The notes below the pieces were generated by a model, which worked only from the letters and a program-made list of their open reading frames with translations, was not told the DNA's origin and ran no database searches. DNA of 64,000 bases, taken from positions 4,640,001 through 4,704,000 of the forward strand of contig OZ252299.1 in assembly GCA_965250285.1 (NCBI GenBank), read 5' to 3'. This document shows, one piece after another, positions 10,273-19,555 of the stretch. Every line of letters begins with the position of its first letter. Positions within the stretch are counted from its first letter, which is position 1. This stretch comes from Myxococcota bacterium. GTDB lineage: Bacteria > Myxococcota_A > UBA9160 > UBA4427. A program made the position numbers and the translations under genes.

Positions 10273-12447
10273 TCACCACAAACCGCGCTGCCAGCCCCAG
10301 AACCGCAGGTTGCCGATCCACCGCCACCAGGCGGGCTCGCAGCGCTGCGCGATCGCCTGGCCGGCGGCGAGCCCCGACTGGGTCGCGGCCTCGACGTTGC
10401 CCGCATTGAACGCGGTCCGCGTCCAATCGCCGGCGACCGCCATGTTCTCGACCCCACACGCGCCCGGCTCGAGCCGAACCCTCGCGCTGCCCGGCATCGA
10501 CAGGACGTAGCGATCGGTCGGATCGATGTTGGCGCGCAGGGTCTGGGCGCGCAGGCGATCGGCGCCTTCGAGGCGCTGCTCGTCGTGCTCCGTCCAGGGC
10601 TGCACATGGAGCGCGTCCCAGTCGAAGCCCCCGTCGGCTGCCTCGAGCCGAGGCCACTGCACCGGCCCGAAGTGGTCGAGCCACTGCGTCACCTCGTCGC
10701 GCACCTGCTCGAGCGCAAGGCGAGGGACGTCGTGCTCCTTGCGATCGTACTCGAGCAGATTGCCCCTCAGTGGCCCACACAGGAAGTGGAGGCTGCGGGG
10801 CCCCGCCGAGCCCCAGTCCTCGGTCGCGAGGACACGACCCAGCTCGGTCGAGACGTAGAACGGGGCGCGCGTCTTGTCGCCCGCAGCTGGCCCCGCTGCC
10901 CACCCCAGGGCGTCGGCGGGCGCCTCCATCCAGAGCTGGACCGCCTGGGTCTGCACGGTCTTCAGTCGGTGCACCATCTCATACCAGGGTGAGGTCGACG
11001 CGCCTGCGAGGTCGGGGCAGATCTCTTCGAGCGCGCCGACCGAGATGCCCAAGATCACCTGATCGAAGTCGGTGCCGCGCTCGAGCGTGACGCGAGCGAC
11101 GTCCTTCCAGTCGGTCCAACGCGACTCGAGGTCGGCCCCTGATCGCTTCAGACTCTTTCCGCGCTTCAGCTGCGCGTAGTCGGGATGCGGTGGCCAGCTC
11201 TGCAGGCCGTCGCACTCGAAGATCGGGCGATAGGGCGTGCAGGCCTCCTTGACCTCGATCTGCTGGCCGAGGTGGATGGCCGTGACCTCGCTCCCTCGGA
11301 CCTCGATCTCGTCGACGCGGTGAAAGAACTCGAACTTCACGCCCGCGTCGCGCAGCGCCTTGTAGAGGGGCGCGACGACCACCTCGCCCATGCCGGCGTT
11401 CATCTCGTACCGAATGGCCCCGGCATAGCCGCCCGACGTCTGCAGCATGCCGTAGACGGCCACGCCCGCCGACAGCTGCCCGCGACCGAGCTCGTCGCCG
11501 TCGCGGCGGCCCGCCTCGTCGTCGTCGGTGGCGAAGCTGGCCTCGTAGAGCTCGCGCACGAGACCCGAATCGATCGCGAGGTCGAGCGCGCCGTGGCGAC
11601 GCAGCCAATCGCGAAAGTCGAGGGCGTCGATCGCCTCGGCACCCCGTTCGAAGACGCGGTCGGTGAGCAGGCCAAAGAGCACCGTCGCGCCGAGATCACT
11701 CATGATGAGCATGCGACGAATGGGCATGGGCTCGGGCGGATCCACCGGCTTCTCGAAGCGTGTCGCGTCGAATCGGTCACGGTAGGCGTCGAGGAGCCAG
11801 ACGAGCGCGCGGTGCTGCCCGGGGTCGTGTCGGCGCGGATCACGGCGCAACGAGCGGGCCAACAGGTGCGCGTGCTCCATCGGGCCGAGATCGGGCGACG
11901 GCACCCGGACGAGATGGCGCCGGATGTCCTCGGGGATGTCGTCGAGGGGATCGTCTTCGATCACGCCGGCGTCGACGAGCGGGGCTGTGAACTGCGCCAG
12001 CGCATCGAACCATTCGACCGCACACGTCCAGAGATTCGAAGCAGGCCGGCCCTTGCCCGGCACGCCCGACCGCAGCGGGTACTCGAGGATCCAGTCGGCC
12101 CACTCGCCGTCGACCTGCTCCATGCAGCGAAGCACCGTCTGGGGCGTGAATGCCTCTTCGACCGTGCCGAGCCTCGAGTGGCTCGACCAGTCGGCCCGCG
12201 CGTAGCAGTCGCGCAGCATGCGGAACGCGCTGTCGTAACAGCCGAGCCAGGTATGCGGGCCCCGAGCCTCGGTGCGGTGCGGCGGCCTTGGGTCGCGTCC
12301 GCTCGCGCACTTGCCGCCGAGACGCCAGCCCGGCTGGTAGACCGTCACGTCGTAGAGGGCCGAGAAGCCGGGGCGCTGCGTGAGCGCGAACGCGGCGGAG
12401 AGGGCGCCCATGCCGCCGCCCAGGATCGCAATTCTGTGTTTCGCCAT
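10273..12447 (-). CDS. FAD/NAD(P)-binding oxidoreductase (amine oxidase/carotenoid desaturase-like fold)
   Basis: IAILGGGMG, RLGGKCASG, C-terminal AGDWT...VEAATQSG. Confidence 0.8.
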   Translation of the reverse strand: MAKHRIAILGGGMGALSAAFALTQRPGFSALYDVTVYQPGWRLGGKCASGRDPRPPHRTEARGPHTWLGCYDSAFRMLRDCYARADWSSHSRLGTVEEAFTPQTVLRCMEQVDGEWADWILEYPLRSGVPGKGRPASNLWTCAVEWFDALAQFTAPLVDAGVIEDDPLDDIPEDIRRHLVRVPSPDLGPMEHAHLLARSLRRDPRRHDPGQHRALVWLLDAYRDRFDATRFEKPVDPPEPMPIRRMLIMSDLGATVLFGLLTDRVFERGAEAIDALDFRDWLRRHGALDLAIDSGLVRELYEASFATDDDEAGRRDGDELGRGQLSAGVAVYGMLQTSGGYAGAIRYEMNAGMGEVVVAPLYKALRDAGVKFEFFHRVDEIEVRGSEVTAIHLGQQIEVKEACTPYRPIFECDGLQSWPPHPDYAQLKRGKSLKRSGADLESRWTDWKDVARVTLERGTDFDQVILGISVGALEEICPDLAGASTSPWYEMVHRLKTVQTQAVQLWMEAPADALGWAAGPAAGDKTRAPFYVSTELGRVLATEDWGSAGPRSLHFLCGPLRGNLLEYDRKEHDVPRLALEQVRDEVTQWLDHFGPVQWPRLEAADGGFDWDALHVQPWTEHDEQRLEGADRLRAQTLRANIDPTDRYVLSMPGSARVRLEPGACGVENMAVAGDWTRTAFNAGNVEAATQSGLAAGQAIAQRCEPAWWRWIGNLRFWGWQRGLW

Positions 12448-12718
12448 TTCGTGACCTCGGACACAGATATCCTGCCAAACTCTTGGCTTCGGCGGGCCAC
12501 TTTGGCGACGGCCTGCCCCGGCGGGCCCCGACGCCGCGCGAGCGCCGTCTGCCTGGGCCAGCGGCTCCCGGGGCGGCTCTCACGTCGCGAGGCCCACTCA
12601 GATTGGATGCCAGCGTGATTCGAGATCATTCTCGCGCGGGATCGCGGGTGCGCGGGGCACCGCCCGTCCGAGCCGCCCAACACCCGAATCTGGACACGTC
12701 CGGGCCGACTGGCGGCGC

Positions 12719-13867
12719 TCAGCGCCCTACGCGGTGGGTGACTGTGACACCGCCGCGCTTCATCACGACCGAAGAGGGGGTGATCTGCTCGACGGTGTAG
12801 CCCTCGACCGTGTCGGCTTCGCGCACCTCGAGCGGCCCTTCGGCACCCGACACGGCGATGCGCGCCCAGCGCCGCGCCGGCGTGGGATGCCAGACCGTCT
12901 TCAGCACCTCGACCTCGAGCCGCTCTTCGGGCGCAGGCACCACGACCTCGGCCAGCTTCGGCGCCGACCCGGTCGCTTCAGCCGCCGGCGGCTAGACGGC
13001 GCCCGTGCCCTCGGCTGCCGCATCGGCGGCGGGCTCGACCGAGCTCGCGCGCGACGCGGCGGGCGCGGGGGGCGGCGAGGTCTCGACCGGCGCGGGCGCG
13101 GGGGGCGGCGAGGTCTCGACCGGCGCGGGCGCGGGCGCGCGCGAAGTCTCGACCGGCGCGGCCGGGAGCGCGACCACCGGCAGGTCGTCGATCTCGACGC
13201 CCCTCGGACCCTTGCTCGGCGGACCGGCGGCCACGGCGGACGGCGCAGCGCTCGGCGTATCTGCGGCGCGCGACTCGCCCTCACCGTCCTCGCTGCCGGC
13301 GACCGCGGCCGCTTCCCACGGATCGGGCGCGGCTGCACGTGCGGTCGGCGTCGCACCCGACCCGGTCGGCGTCGCACCCGACCCGGTCGGCGCAGCGCCC
13401 GAGCCGGTGGGCGCAGCGCCCGACTCCGTTCGCGCAGCGCCCGACCCGGCCTGCGCCGGGACCGAGACGGCGGCCACTTCGGCCGAAGCGCTCGGTGGCA
13501 TCGCCCCCCGACCGACGGGCTCGACGCCGAGCACGGGCTCGAAATCGAGCACCGGCTCGACGCCGAGCACCGGCTCGGGGCGCTGCGTCGGCCGCGCGAT
13601 CGGCTGCGGCCCGGTTGCGACGCCGGGCCCTTCGGCCACGGTCGACCCACCGTCGGTCGCCGTGTAGAGCCCGACGCCCAGGCCGATCGCGAACATCACC
13701 GCCACGCCTGCGACCACGAGCCAGACGGTCGATCCGCCTGAGAAGCCGGTCGCCGGTCGAATCATCGGCTCGGGCGCCGGAGCCAGCGGGTCGTGTGCGC
13801 GCTGGGCTGCGGCGTCGGTCTCCTTGTCGCGTTCGAGCTTCTTCAACGCTTCGAGGATCGTACTCAT
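12719..13867 (-). pseudogene. exeB: ExeB/GspB-like type II secretion accessory protein interrupted by an in-frame TAG at 12992-12994
   Basis: MSTILEALKKLERD N-terminus, TM segment and Pro/Ala linker. The same frame continues past the TAG into a GspB-like C-terminal domain (VWHPTPARRWARI...VREADTVEGYTVEQITPSSVV). ATGA overlap with exeA. Confidence 0.75.
13059..13577 (-). repeat. Three in-frame coding tandem repeats in the exeB linker (33, 21 and 18 bp units)
   Basis: APAPVETSPPP x~3, PTGSGAA/T x~5, EPVLGV x~3. Confidence 0.85.
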
Positions 13868-15747
13868 CCGGCGCCCCCGGCGCGCAGATGGGGCCGTGCA
13901 CTGCGCCCCAGCGCATCGCCCATGCGCATGAGCGTGATCGGGCCGGTGATGCCGTCCTCGCGCAGACCATGCGCGCGCTGGAACCGCTCGACACCCACGC
14001 GTGTGGCGGCGTCGTATACGGCGGGCTCGTCGATCGGCGCGCGACTCGGCTCAGCGAGATAGCCGAGCTCGACCAGCGCCGTCTGCAGCCAACGCACCGG
14101 CAGGCCCTCCGAGCCCGATCGCAGCATCGGAGGCCCTTCGATGCGGATGCCCGGTGACCAGACCACGTGGGCCCGACCCGTGAAGCGCGCTTCGATCGCA
14201 TCGATCGAGACGCCGATGGGCCCGCGGTCGACGACGCCGCCGACGAACGCGACGGTCGGCCTCAGCTCGACCAGCGCCAGCCAACGCGCCTCGTCGTCGG
14301 CGTCGCGGATCTCGATGAGCGTCGGGTGATCGAGTCGCGCGAGTTCATCGAGACTCGCCGCCAGCACCGTGTGCACCGCGAGGCCTTCCTCGCGCAGCCG
14401 CGCGAGCGCCAGGGCCTCGGTCTCAGCGTCGATGCCATCCGCCGGGCGACCCCACAGCTGCAGGATCTCACTCACGGCCAGGGCGCGACTCGCGCTGGGT
14501 TCGACCGAGGCGAGCAGAAGGGACAGGAAGGGCGCGTCCTGCGCTTCGCCCCCGCCTCGCGGCGCGCTCGCGGCCGACGGAGGCGCTTCGGCGGGCTCGA
14601 GATCGATCGCGGCACGCGCGCGCGCCGAATCCGCCGTAGCGACGGCCGGCGTCACCTCGAAGACCTCGCCGAGCCTTTCGGCCGGCGGTTCGAGCGGAGC
14701 CGGCCTTCGGGCCGAAACCGAAGGCAGGGCCTCGTTCGCGCCGGTGGCGCGCGGTTCGATCACACCGCTCGAAACCGGCGGCGTCTCGCCCCCGAACGCA
14801 GACGGCGCATCGCCCGGCTCGCGGCCGAGCTCGAGCCAGAGTGCGCCGCCGAGCACCGCGGCGGCCACGACGGCGGCGACCGGCAGCCACCATCGCCAGG
14901 CGGGGCGTCGAGATCGGCGACGCTTGAACGACTCGTCCTGCAGATCGCGAATCTCGCGCGCCGCCTGCTTCACGAGGCCGGCGTCGATCTGCGCCACCTC
15001 GGCGCCGAAGCCCGCGAGCAGCGCGCGATCGCAGAGCACGTTCACGAGGCGCGGCACGCCTCCGGTGCGACGATGCACCTCGTCGAGGGCGGCATCGGAG
15101 AAGAGCGCGGCACGATCGGCGCCGGCGGCGACGCGCAGGCGGTGGCGCACGTACTGCGCGGTCTCGGCCGCCGTCATGGGGGACAGCTGCCAACGCACAC
15201 CGATGCGCTGACGCAGCTGGCGAAGCTCGTCGCTATCGAGCTTGTCGCCGAGCTCGGGCTGACCGAGCAAGATGATCTGGATCAGCTTCGAGGTCGTCGT
15301 CTCGAGATTCGACAGCAGGCGAATCTGCTCGAGCGTGCTCGTCGAGAGGTTCTGCGCCTCGTCGACGATCAACACGACGCGCTTCGACTCGCGGTTCTTG
15401 TCGAGCAAGAACTGATTGAGCTGCGACAGCAGCTCGCGACGCGAGCGTCCCGATGCGGGCAGCCCGAACTCTTCGTTCACGCTCTGCAGCATCTCGTCGG
15501 CACTGCCCGATGGATTGAACAGAAACGCCAGCTCGGTCTCGACGCCGAGTCGCTCGAGCAACGTGCGGCAGATCGTCGTCTTGCCCGTGCCGACCTCGCC
15601 GGCCACGACGATGAAGCCCTCGCCCTGCTCGAGGCCGTACAACAAATGGGCGAGCGCCTCCCGATGGCTCTCGGCCAGGAAGAGGAAGCGCGGATTGGGT
15701 GTGAGCGAGAACGGCTTCTCGCGAAGTCCGTAGAACGCGGTATACAT
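13864..15747 (-). CDS. exeA: ExeA/GspA-like AAA ATPase with TM segment and C-terminal peptidoglycan-binding domain
   Basis: MYTAFYGLREKPFSLTPNP, GEVGTGKT, IVDEAQNL, LGQPEL, GVPRLVNVLCD; C-terminal VERFQRAHGLREDGITG. Confidence 0.92.
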   Translation of the reverse strand: MYTAFYGLREKPFSLTPNPRFLFLAESHREALAHLLYGLEQGEGFIVVAGEVGTGKTTICRTLLERLGVETELAFLFNPSGSADEMLQSVNEEFGLPASGRSRRELLSQLNQFLLDKNRESKRVVLIVDEAQNLSTSTLEQIRLLSNLETTTSKLIQIILLGQPELGDKLDSDELRQLRQRIGVRWQLSPMTAAETAQYVRHRLRVAAGADRAALFSDAALDEVHRRTGGVPRLVNVLCDRALLAGFGAEVAQIDAGLVKQAAREIRDLQDESFKRRRSRRPAWRWWLPVAAVVAAAVLGGALWLELGREPGDAPSAFGGETPPVSSGVIEPRATGANEALPSVSARRPAPLEPPAERLGEVFEVTPAVATADSARARAAIDLEPAEAPPSAASAPRGGGEAQDAPFLSLLLASVEPSASRALAVSEILQLWGRPADGIDAETEALALARLREEGLAVHTVLAASLDELARLDHPTLIEIRDADDEARWLALVELRPTVAFVGGVVDRGPIGVSIDAIEARFTGRAHVVWSPGIRIEGPPMLRSGSEGLPVRWLQTALVELGYLAEPSRAPIDEPAVYDAATRVGVERFQRAHGLREDGITGPITLMRMGDALGRSARPHLRAGGAG

Positions 15748-15779
15748 GGCGAATCCAACCGGGGCGCGAGTGTAACCCA

Positions 15780-16679
15780 TTGAATCCCCAGCAAGAAAAC
15801 GACTCGAAGGCCCACGAAGGAACCGCGATCGGCGTCGACGCCGGCGCGACCCTCGCCAAGCTGGCGGTGCGCCGCGGCGACGGTGACGTGCGCTACGAGA
15901 CACTCGGATCGGGCCATGTCGACGACGTCCTCGGCGCGATCGCGCGCGTCGAGCCCGACCGCATCGGGCTCACGGGCTGCGGGGCCCGCGCCATCGCGAC
16001 CCGCTGCGCCGAGCGCGGTGCGACCGGCGCCGGGCGGTTCCAGGAGTTCGACGCCTGGGGTGCCGGCGCCCGTGCGCAGCTCGGCGACGCATCGGCCGAC
16101 GGCTTCGACGAGGCCGAGCCCTATCTGCTGATCTCGCTCGGCACCGGCACCTCGGTGATGCGCGTGGCCGGCGGCGAAGTGATGCGCGTCGGCGGGACCG
16201 CCCTGGGCGGCGGCACCGTGCTCGGCCTCGGCACGGCGCTGACCGGCTGCGAGAGCTTCGCCGAGCTGTGCGATCTGGCCGGGCGCGGAGACGCCGCGCG
16301 GGTCGACCTGCGCGTGCGCGACATCTACGAAGAGGGCGAGATCCCGCTGCCGGGCGAGGTGACCGCCTCGGCGTTCGGCCAGCTCTCACGCTGGCTGGCC
16401 GAGGGTCGCGACGCAGCCGGCGCCCCGCGCCGCGAAGATCTCGCGGTCGGCGTCATGAGCCTCGTCGCCGAGAACGTCGGACTCGTCTGCGCCGGCATCA
16501 CGGCGATGACACAGACGCCGCGCTGGGTCTTCGGCGGCGGAACGCTCACCGACAATCCGGTGCTGCAGAAGATTCTCGTGCGCGTCGGCACGAACATGGG
16601 CATGGAGACGCGCCTGCTGCCCGATGGCGGCCACGCCGGTGCGCGGGGCGCCCTCGAGCTGCTCGACGCGTCGCGCTGA
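15780..16679 (+). CDS. coaW: Type II pantothenate kinase-like protein
   Basis: IGVDAGATLAK, EFDAWGAG, YLLISLGTGTS, RVGGTALGGGTVLGLG, VDLRVRDIY, TASAFG. Confidence 0.8.
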   Translation: MNPQQENDSKAHEGTAIGVDAGATLAKLAVRRGDGDVRYETLGSGHVDDVLGAIARVEPDRIGLTGCGARAIATRCAERGATGAGRFQEFDAWGAGARAQLGDASADGFDEAEPYLLISLGTGTSVMRVAGGEVMRVGGTALGGGTVLGLGTALTGCESFAELCDLAGRGDAARVDLRVRDIYEEGEIPLPGEVTASAFGQLSRWLAEGRDAAGAPRREDLAVGVMSLVAENVGLVCAGITAMTQTPRWVFGGGTLTDNPVLQKILVRVGTNMGMETRLLPDGGHAGARGALELLDASR

Positions 16680-16688
16680 GCGGTCGAC

Positions 16689-18140
16689 TCAGGCGTTCGG
16701 GTCGCGGAGCGCCGGCTCGGTGGGGCCGTCTTCTTCGCCCCGCGTCAGATTGCGCACCGCGCGCTGGGTGCGCGCGATGGCCGCGCGCTGCACACGCAGC
16801 TCTTCGGTCTGCGCCGCCACCTGTCGTTCGAGGCGCTCGCGCGCTTCGGACTGCTCGTCGAGGCGGCTCTCGAGGGCCGCGATGCGCTGCTCGAACTGCT
16901 GGATGAGCTTGGCCATTTCTTCCTCCGAGATCTCTTCTTCGTCGTCTTCGGTCGCGAAGACGGGGCCCGCGTCGGCGGGGGTCGGCACGGCGTCGGTCGC
17001 GAGGCCGTCCTCCTCCTGCACCAGCGCGAAGGGCTCTTCTTCGCCCTCCTCGCCCTGGGCGGTGATCGTGGTCTGCGCCAGGTCGGGCTCGACCTGGGCT
17101 TCGGACACCTCTTCAACGGCGCCCTCGGGCATCTCGTCGACGAGGGCGTCGAGGGTGAGCTGGGGCCCGCCGTCGCTCGTCGCCTCGGTCTCTTGCTCGG
17201 GCTCGGCGATCGGTTCGGCATCGGTCAGACCGGCGAAGGGGCTCGGCCCGTCGTCGTCGGCCAGCTCTTCTTCGTCGTCGGCAGCGCGCCCGCCGCGCAG
17301 CTTCAGGAACGCGAACGCGCCGATGCCCACGAGCGCAGCGACCCCCACGAAGCCGAGCAGCGTGCCCATCCCGCCGCCTTCTTCTTCGACGACGGGCGGT
17401 GTGGGCGTGGGCGTGCGCGAAGGCGTCGGGGCAGGCGTGGGCACGCTTCGAGGCGGATCGACGCGGTCGTTCTGGCCCATGGTCGCCATCGAGCCCTCGC
17501 TGGGCTCGGCGGTCGCCCCGTCGGGCGGCGGAAGCAACGGATCGTCGTCGGGCGGCGCCAGCAGGTCGTCGTCGAGACCGCCGACCTCTTCTTCTTCGAC
17601 GATGACGTCGGCTTCGACCTCGGGCTCCGGCTCCGGCTCGGGTGCCGGCGGCGGCGGGGCCGGCTCGGGCTCGGGCTTCGGCACGGGCTTGGGCTTCGGA
17701 GCGGGCTTGGGAGCGGGCTTGGGCTTCGGGGCCGGCGCGGCCGCGGTCGGGTCGATCACGTCGAGCACCACACGATACGGGTTCGACATGATGCGTTCTT
17801 TGACGACGAGACCCGAGCGCTTGAGCTCGATGCGGGCCACGGCCTGCCGGCCGTCGGGCTGCACGCGCACGAGGCCGAGGAGCGACTTGCGCGGCGCCTG
17901 GACCTTCCGCGGGATCGACGTGGCCTGCAGGATCACGACCAGCTCTTCGCCGCCGTTCGTCGGCGCCCCCTTCGAGAGCTGGTAGCCCGCGGCGGCGTCG
18001 AGCTCGAAGACGACGCGGGTGAACGTCGGGTGCTGTCCGACGCGCACGTCGATGATCTCGGCCGCAAGAGCGGCCGACGCGAGCGTGGTGAAGAGAAGGA
18101 CGAAGGCAGAAAACGCGACGGCACGTGCGCCAACCCGCAC
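16689..18140 (-). CDS. Envelope-spanning protein: signal peptide, AMIN-like domain, Pro-rich linker, TM segment, acidic region and coiled-coil tail
   Basis: IIDVRVGQHPTFTRVVFEL...NPYRVVLDV; PKPKP/EPEPE linker; TM LLGFVGVAALVGIGAFAFL; heptad-like C-terminus. Start uncertain. Confidence 0.7.
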   Translation of the reverse strand: MRVGARAVAFSAFVLLFTTLASAALAAEIIDVRVGQHPTFTRVVFELDAAAGYQLSKGAPTNGGEELVVILQATSIPRKVQAPRKSLLGLVRVQPDGRQAVARIELKRSGLVVKERIMSNPYRVVLDVIDPTAAAPAPKPKPAPKPAPKPKPVPKPEPEPAPPPPAPEPEPEPEVEADVIVEEEEVGGLDDDLLAPPDDDPLLPPPDGATAEPSEGSMATMGQNDRVDPPRSVPTPAPTPSRTPTPTPPVVEEEGGGMGTLLGFVGVAALVGIGAFAFLKLRGGRAADDEEELADDDGPSPFAGLTDAEPIAEPEQETEATSDGGPQLTLDALVDEMPEGAVEEVSEAQVEPDLAQTTITAQGEEGEEEPFALVQEEDGLATDAVPTPADAGPVFATEDDEEEISEEEMAKLIQQFEQRIAALESRLDEQSEARERLERQVAAQTEELRVQRAAIARTQRAVRNLTRGEEDGPTEPALRDPNA

Positions 18141-18406
18141 CGCCTCGCGTCGCGAGACGGGACGCTGGCCCACGGCTTCGCCGCGGAGTCGCCCCCGGAA
18201 CACGCGCTTCAAGCCTGCGCCCCCCAGCACGGCAGAAATGCTGCATCCGTAGCTCGGTCGTCGGGCGAGGATCGGCAACTCGACCCCCAAACCCCCCGAA
18301 AGAGCTGAACCGTGTGGCAACCGTAACACGCTCCCCCCGAGGCGTCGATCGGTGAATGCCTGGGAATTCGCGATTCAGCGCTCGGAGCACCGCCGGCGGG
18401 ACCGGC

Positions 18407-19555
18407 TCAGGTGGCGAAGACGACCTCGAGCGTGTCGCCGCGCAGATCGGCTCGCTCGATGGCGCGCCCTTCCAACGAGGCGGGCAGACTCACGCGCCGC
18501 CGCGCGTCGCGGATGCGCACGTGCAGCTCGGGCCCGGCCAGCTTGACGTCGACGTCGCCCTTCTCGGCACCGACCAGCTCGATGCGCAGCACGAGCTTCT
18601 CCCCCACACGCACGACTTCGAACGGGCGACCCCGAGCGAGCAGCGCCGCCGGATCGCGCTCGCCAAACGTCGCCTCGCCGAGCCGCCGCAGCGCATCCAC
18701 ACCGATCGGCTCGCGCTCGCGCAGCGGCGCCTCGAAGAGCGGCACCGGGAACGACTCGCGGATCGCCGCGAGCTCGTGGCGCTCGCGCTCGGCCCAGCGC
18801 GCGAAGTAGCCGCTCGTGGCCTCGCTCGGCAGCACCCGATTGACGAGCACTCCATCGGTGGCGACGCCGTAGAGCGACAGATACGAGAACGAGCGTCGCG
18901 TCTCGTCGACGACGATGCGCGCCGGGTTCACGACGAGTCGGGCGCTGGTGCGGTCGTTGTCGAGCAGGATCTGGCGAACGTCGTCGACCTCGAGATACAG
19001 CCGCTCGAAGGCGTCGAAGAACGCCTCACCCGGAACGAGGCCTGCGCCGCCCACCTTCCTCAGCAGACGCGCGCCCTGGCGCTCGAGCACGAAGAACCGA
19101 TCCATGAAGACGCGCAGCGCATCGGGAAAGCGCAGCATGCGAAGCGTCGCGCCCGTCGGCGCACAGTCGACGACGCAGGTGTCGAACTCGCCCGTCGCCT
19201 CGACCTCGCGCACGGCGCGGAGTGACACGAGCTCTTCCATGCCGGGGAAGACGAGCAGCTCTTCGGCGACGACGTCGTCGGTCTCTTCGCGCATCAGCGC
19301 GCGAAGCCACTCCTGAATCTCGGACCAGGCGCGGTCGAGCTCGTCGAGCACGCCGACCTCCTGGGCGACGACGTTCTCGGCGATCTCGCGCGGGCGCGCA
19401 CCGACCGGCTCACCCAGGGCGTCGCCCAGGCTGTGCGCCGCGTCGGTCGACAGCACGAACACGCGATGCCCGTGCTCTGCCGCGGCCAGCGCCGTCGCGA
19501 GCGAGAGGCTCGTCTTGCCAACGCCGCCCTTGCCGGTGTGCAGCAGCACCCGCAT
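18407..19555 (-). CDS. ArsA/Get3-family ATPase with C-terminal HSP20-like domain
   Basis: GKGGVGKT, STDAAHSL, DCAPTG; C-terminal beta-rich ELHVRIRDARRRVSLP. Confidence 0.9.
   Translation of the reverse strand: MRVLLHTGKGGVGKTSLSLATALAAAEHGHRVFVLSTDAAHSLGDALGEPVGARPREIAENVVAQEVGVLDELDRAWSEIQEWLRALMREETDDVVAEELLVFPGMEELVSLRAVREVEATGEFDTCVVDCAPTGATLRMLRFPDALRVFMDRFFVLERQGARLLRKVGGAGLVPGEAFFDAFERLYLEVDDVRQILLDNDRTSARLVVNPARIVVDETRRSFSYLSLYGVATDGVLVNRVLPSEATSGYFARWAERERHELAAIRESFPVPLFEAPLREREPIGVDALRRLGEATFGERDPAALLARGRPFEVVRVGEKLVLRIELVGAEKGDVDVKLAGPELHVRIRDARRRVSLPASLEGRAIERADLRGDTLEVVFAT

Noticed and set aside
12992..12994. Genome-wide TAG recoding or pyrrolysine
   Set aside because: TAG terminates conserved genes at their expected ends (ilvD, ino1, regA, SDR), and no pyl genes are visible.
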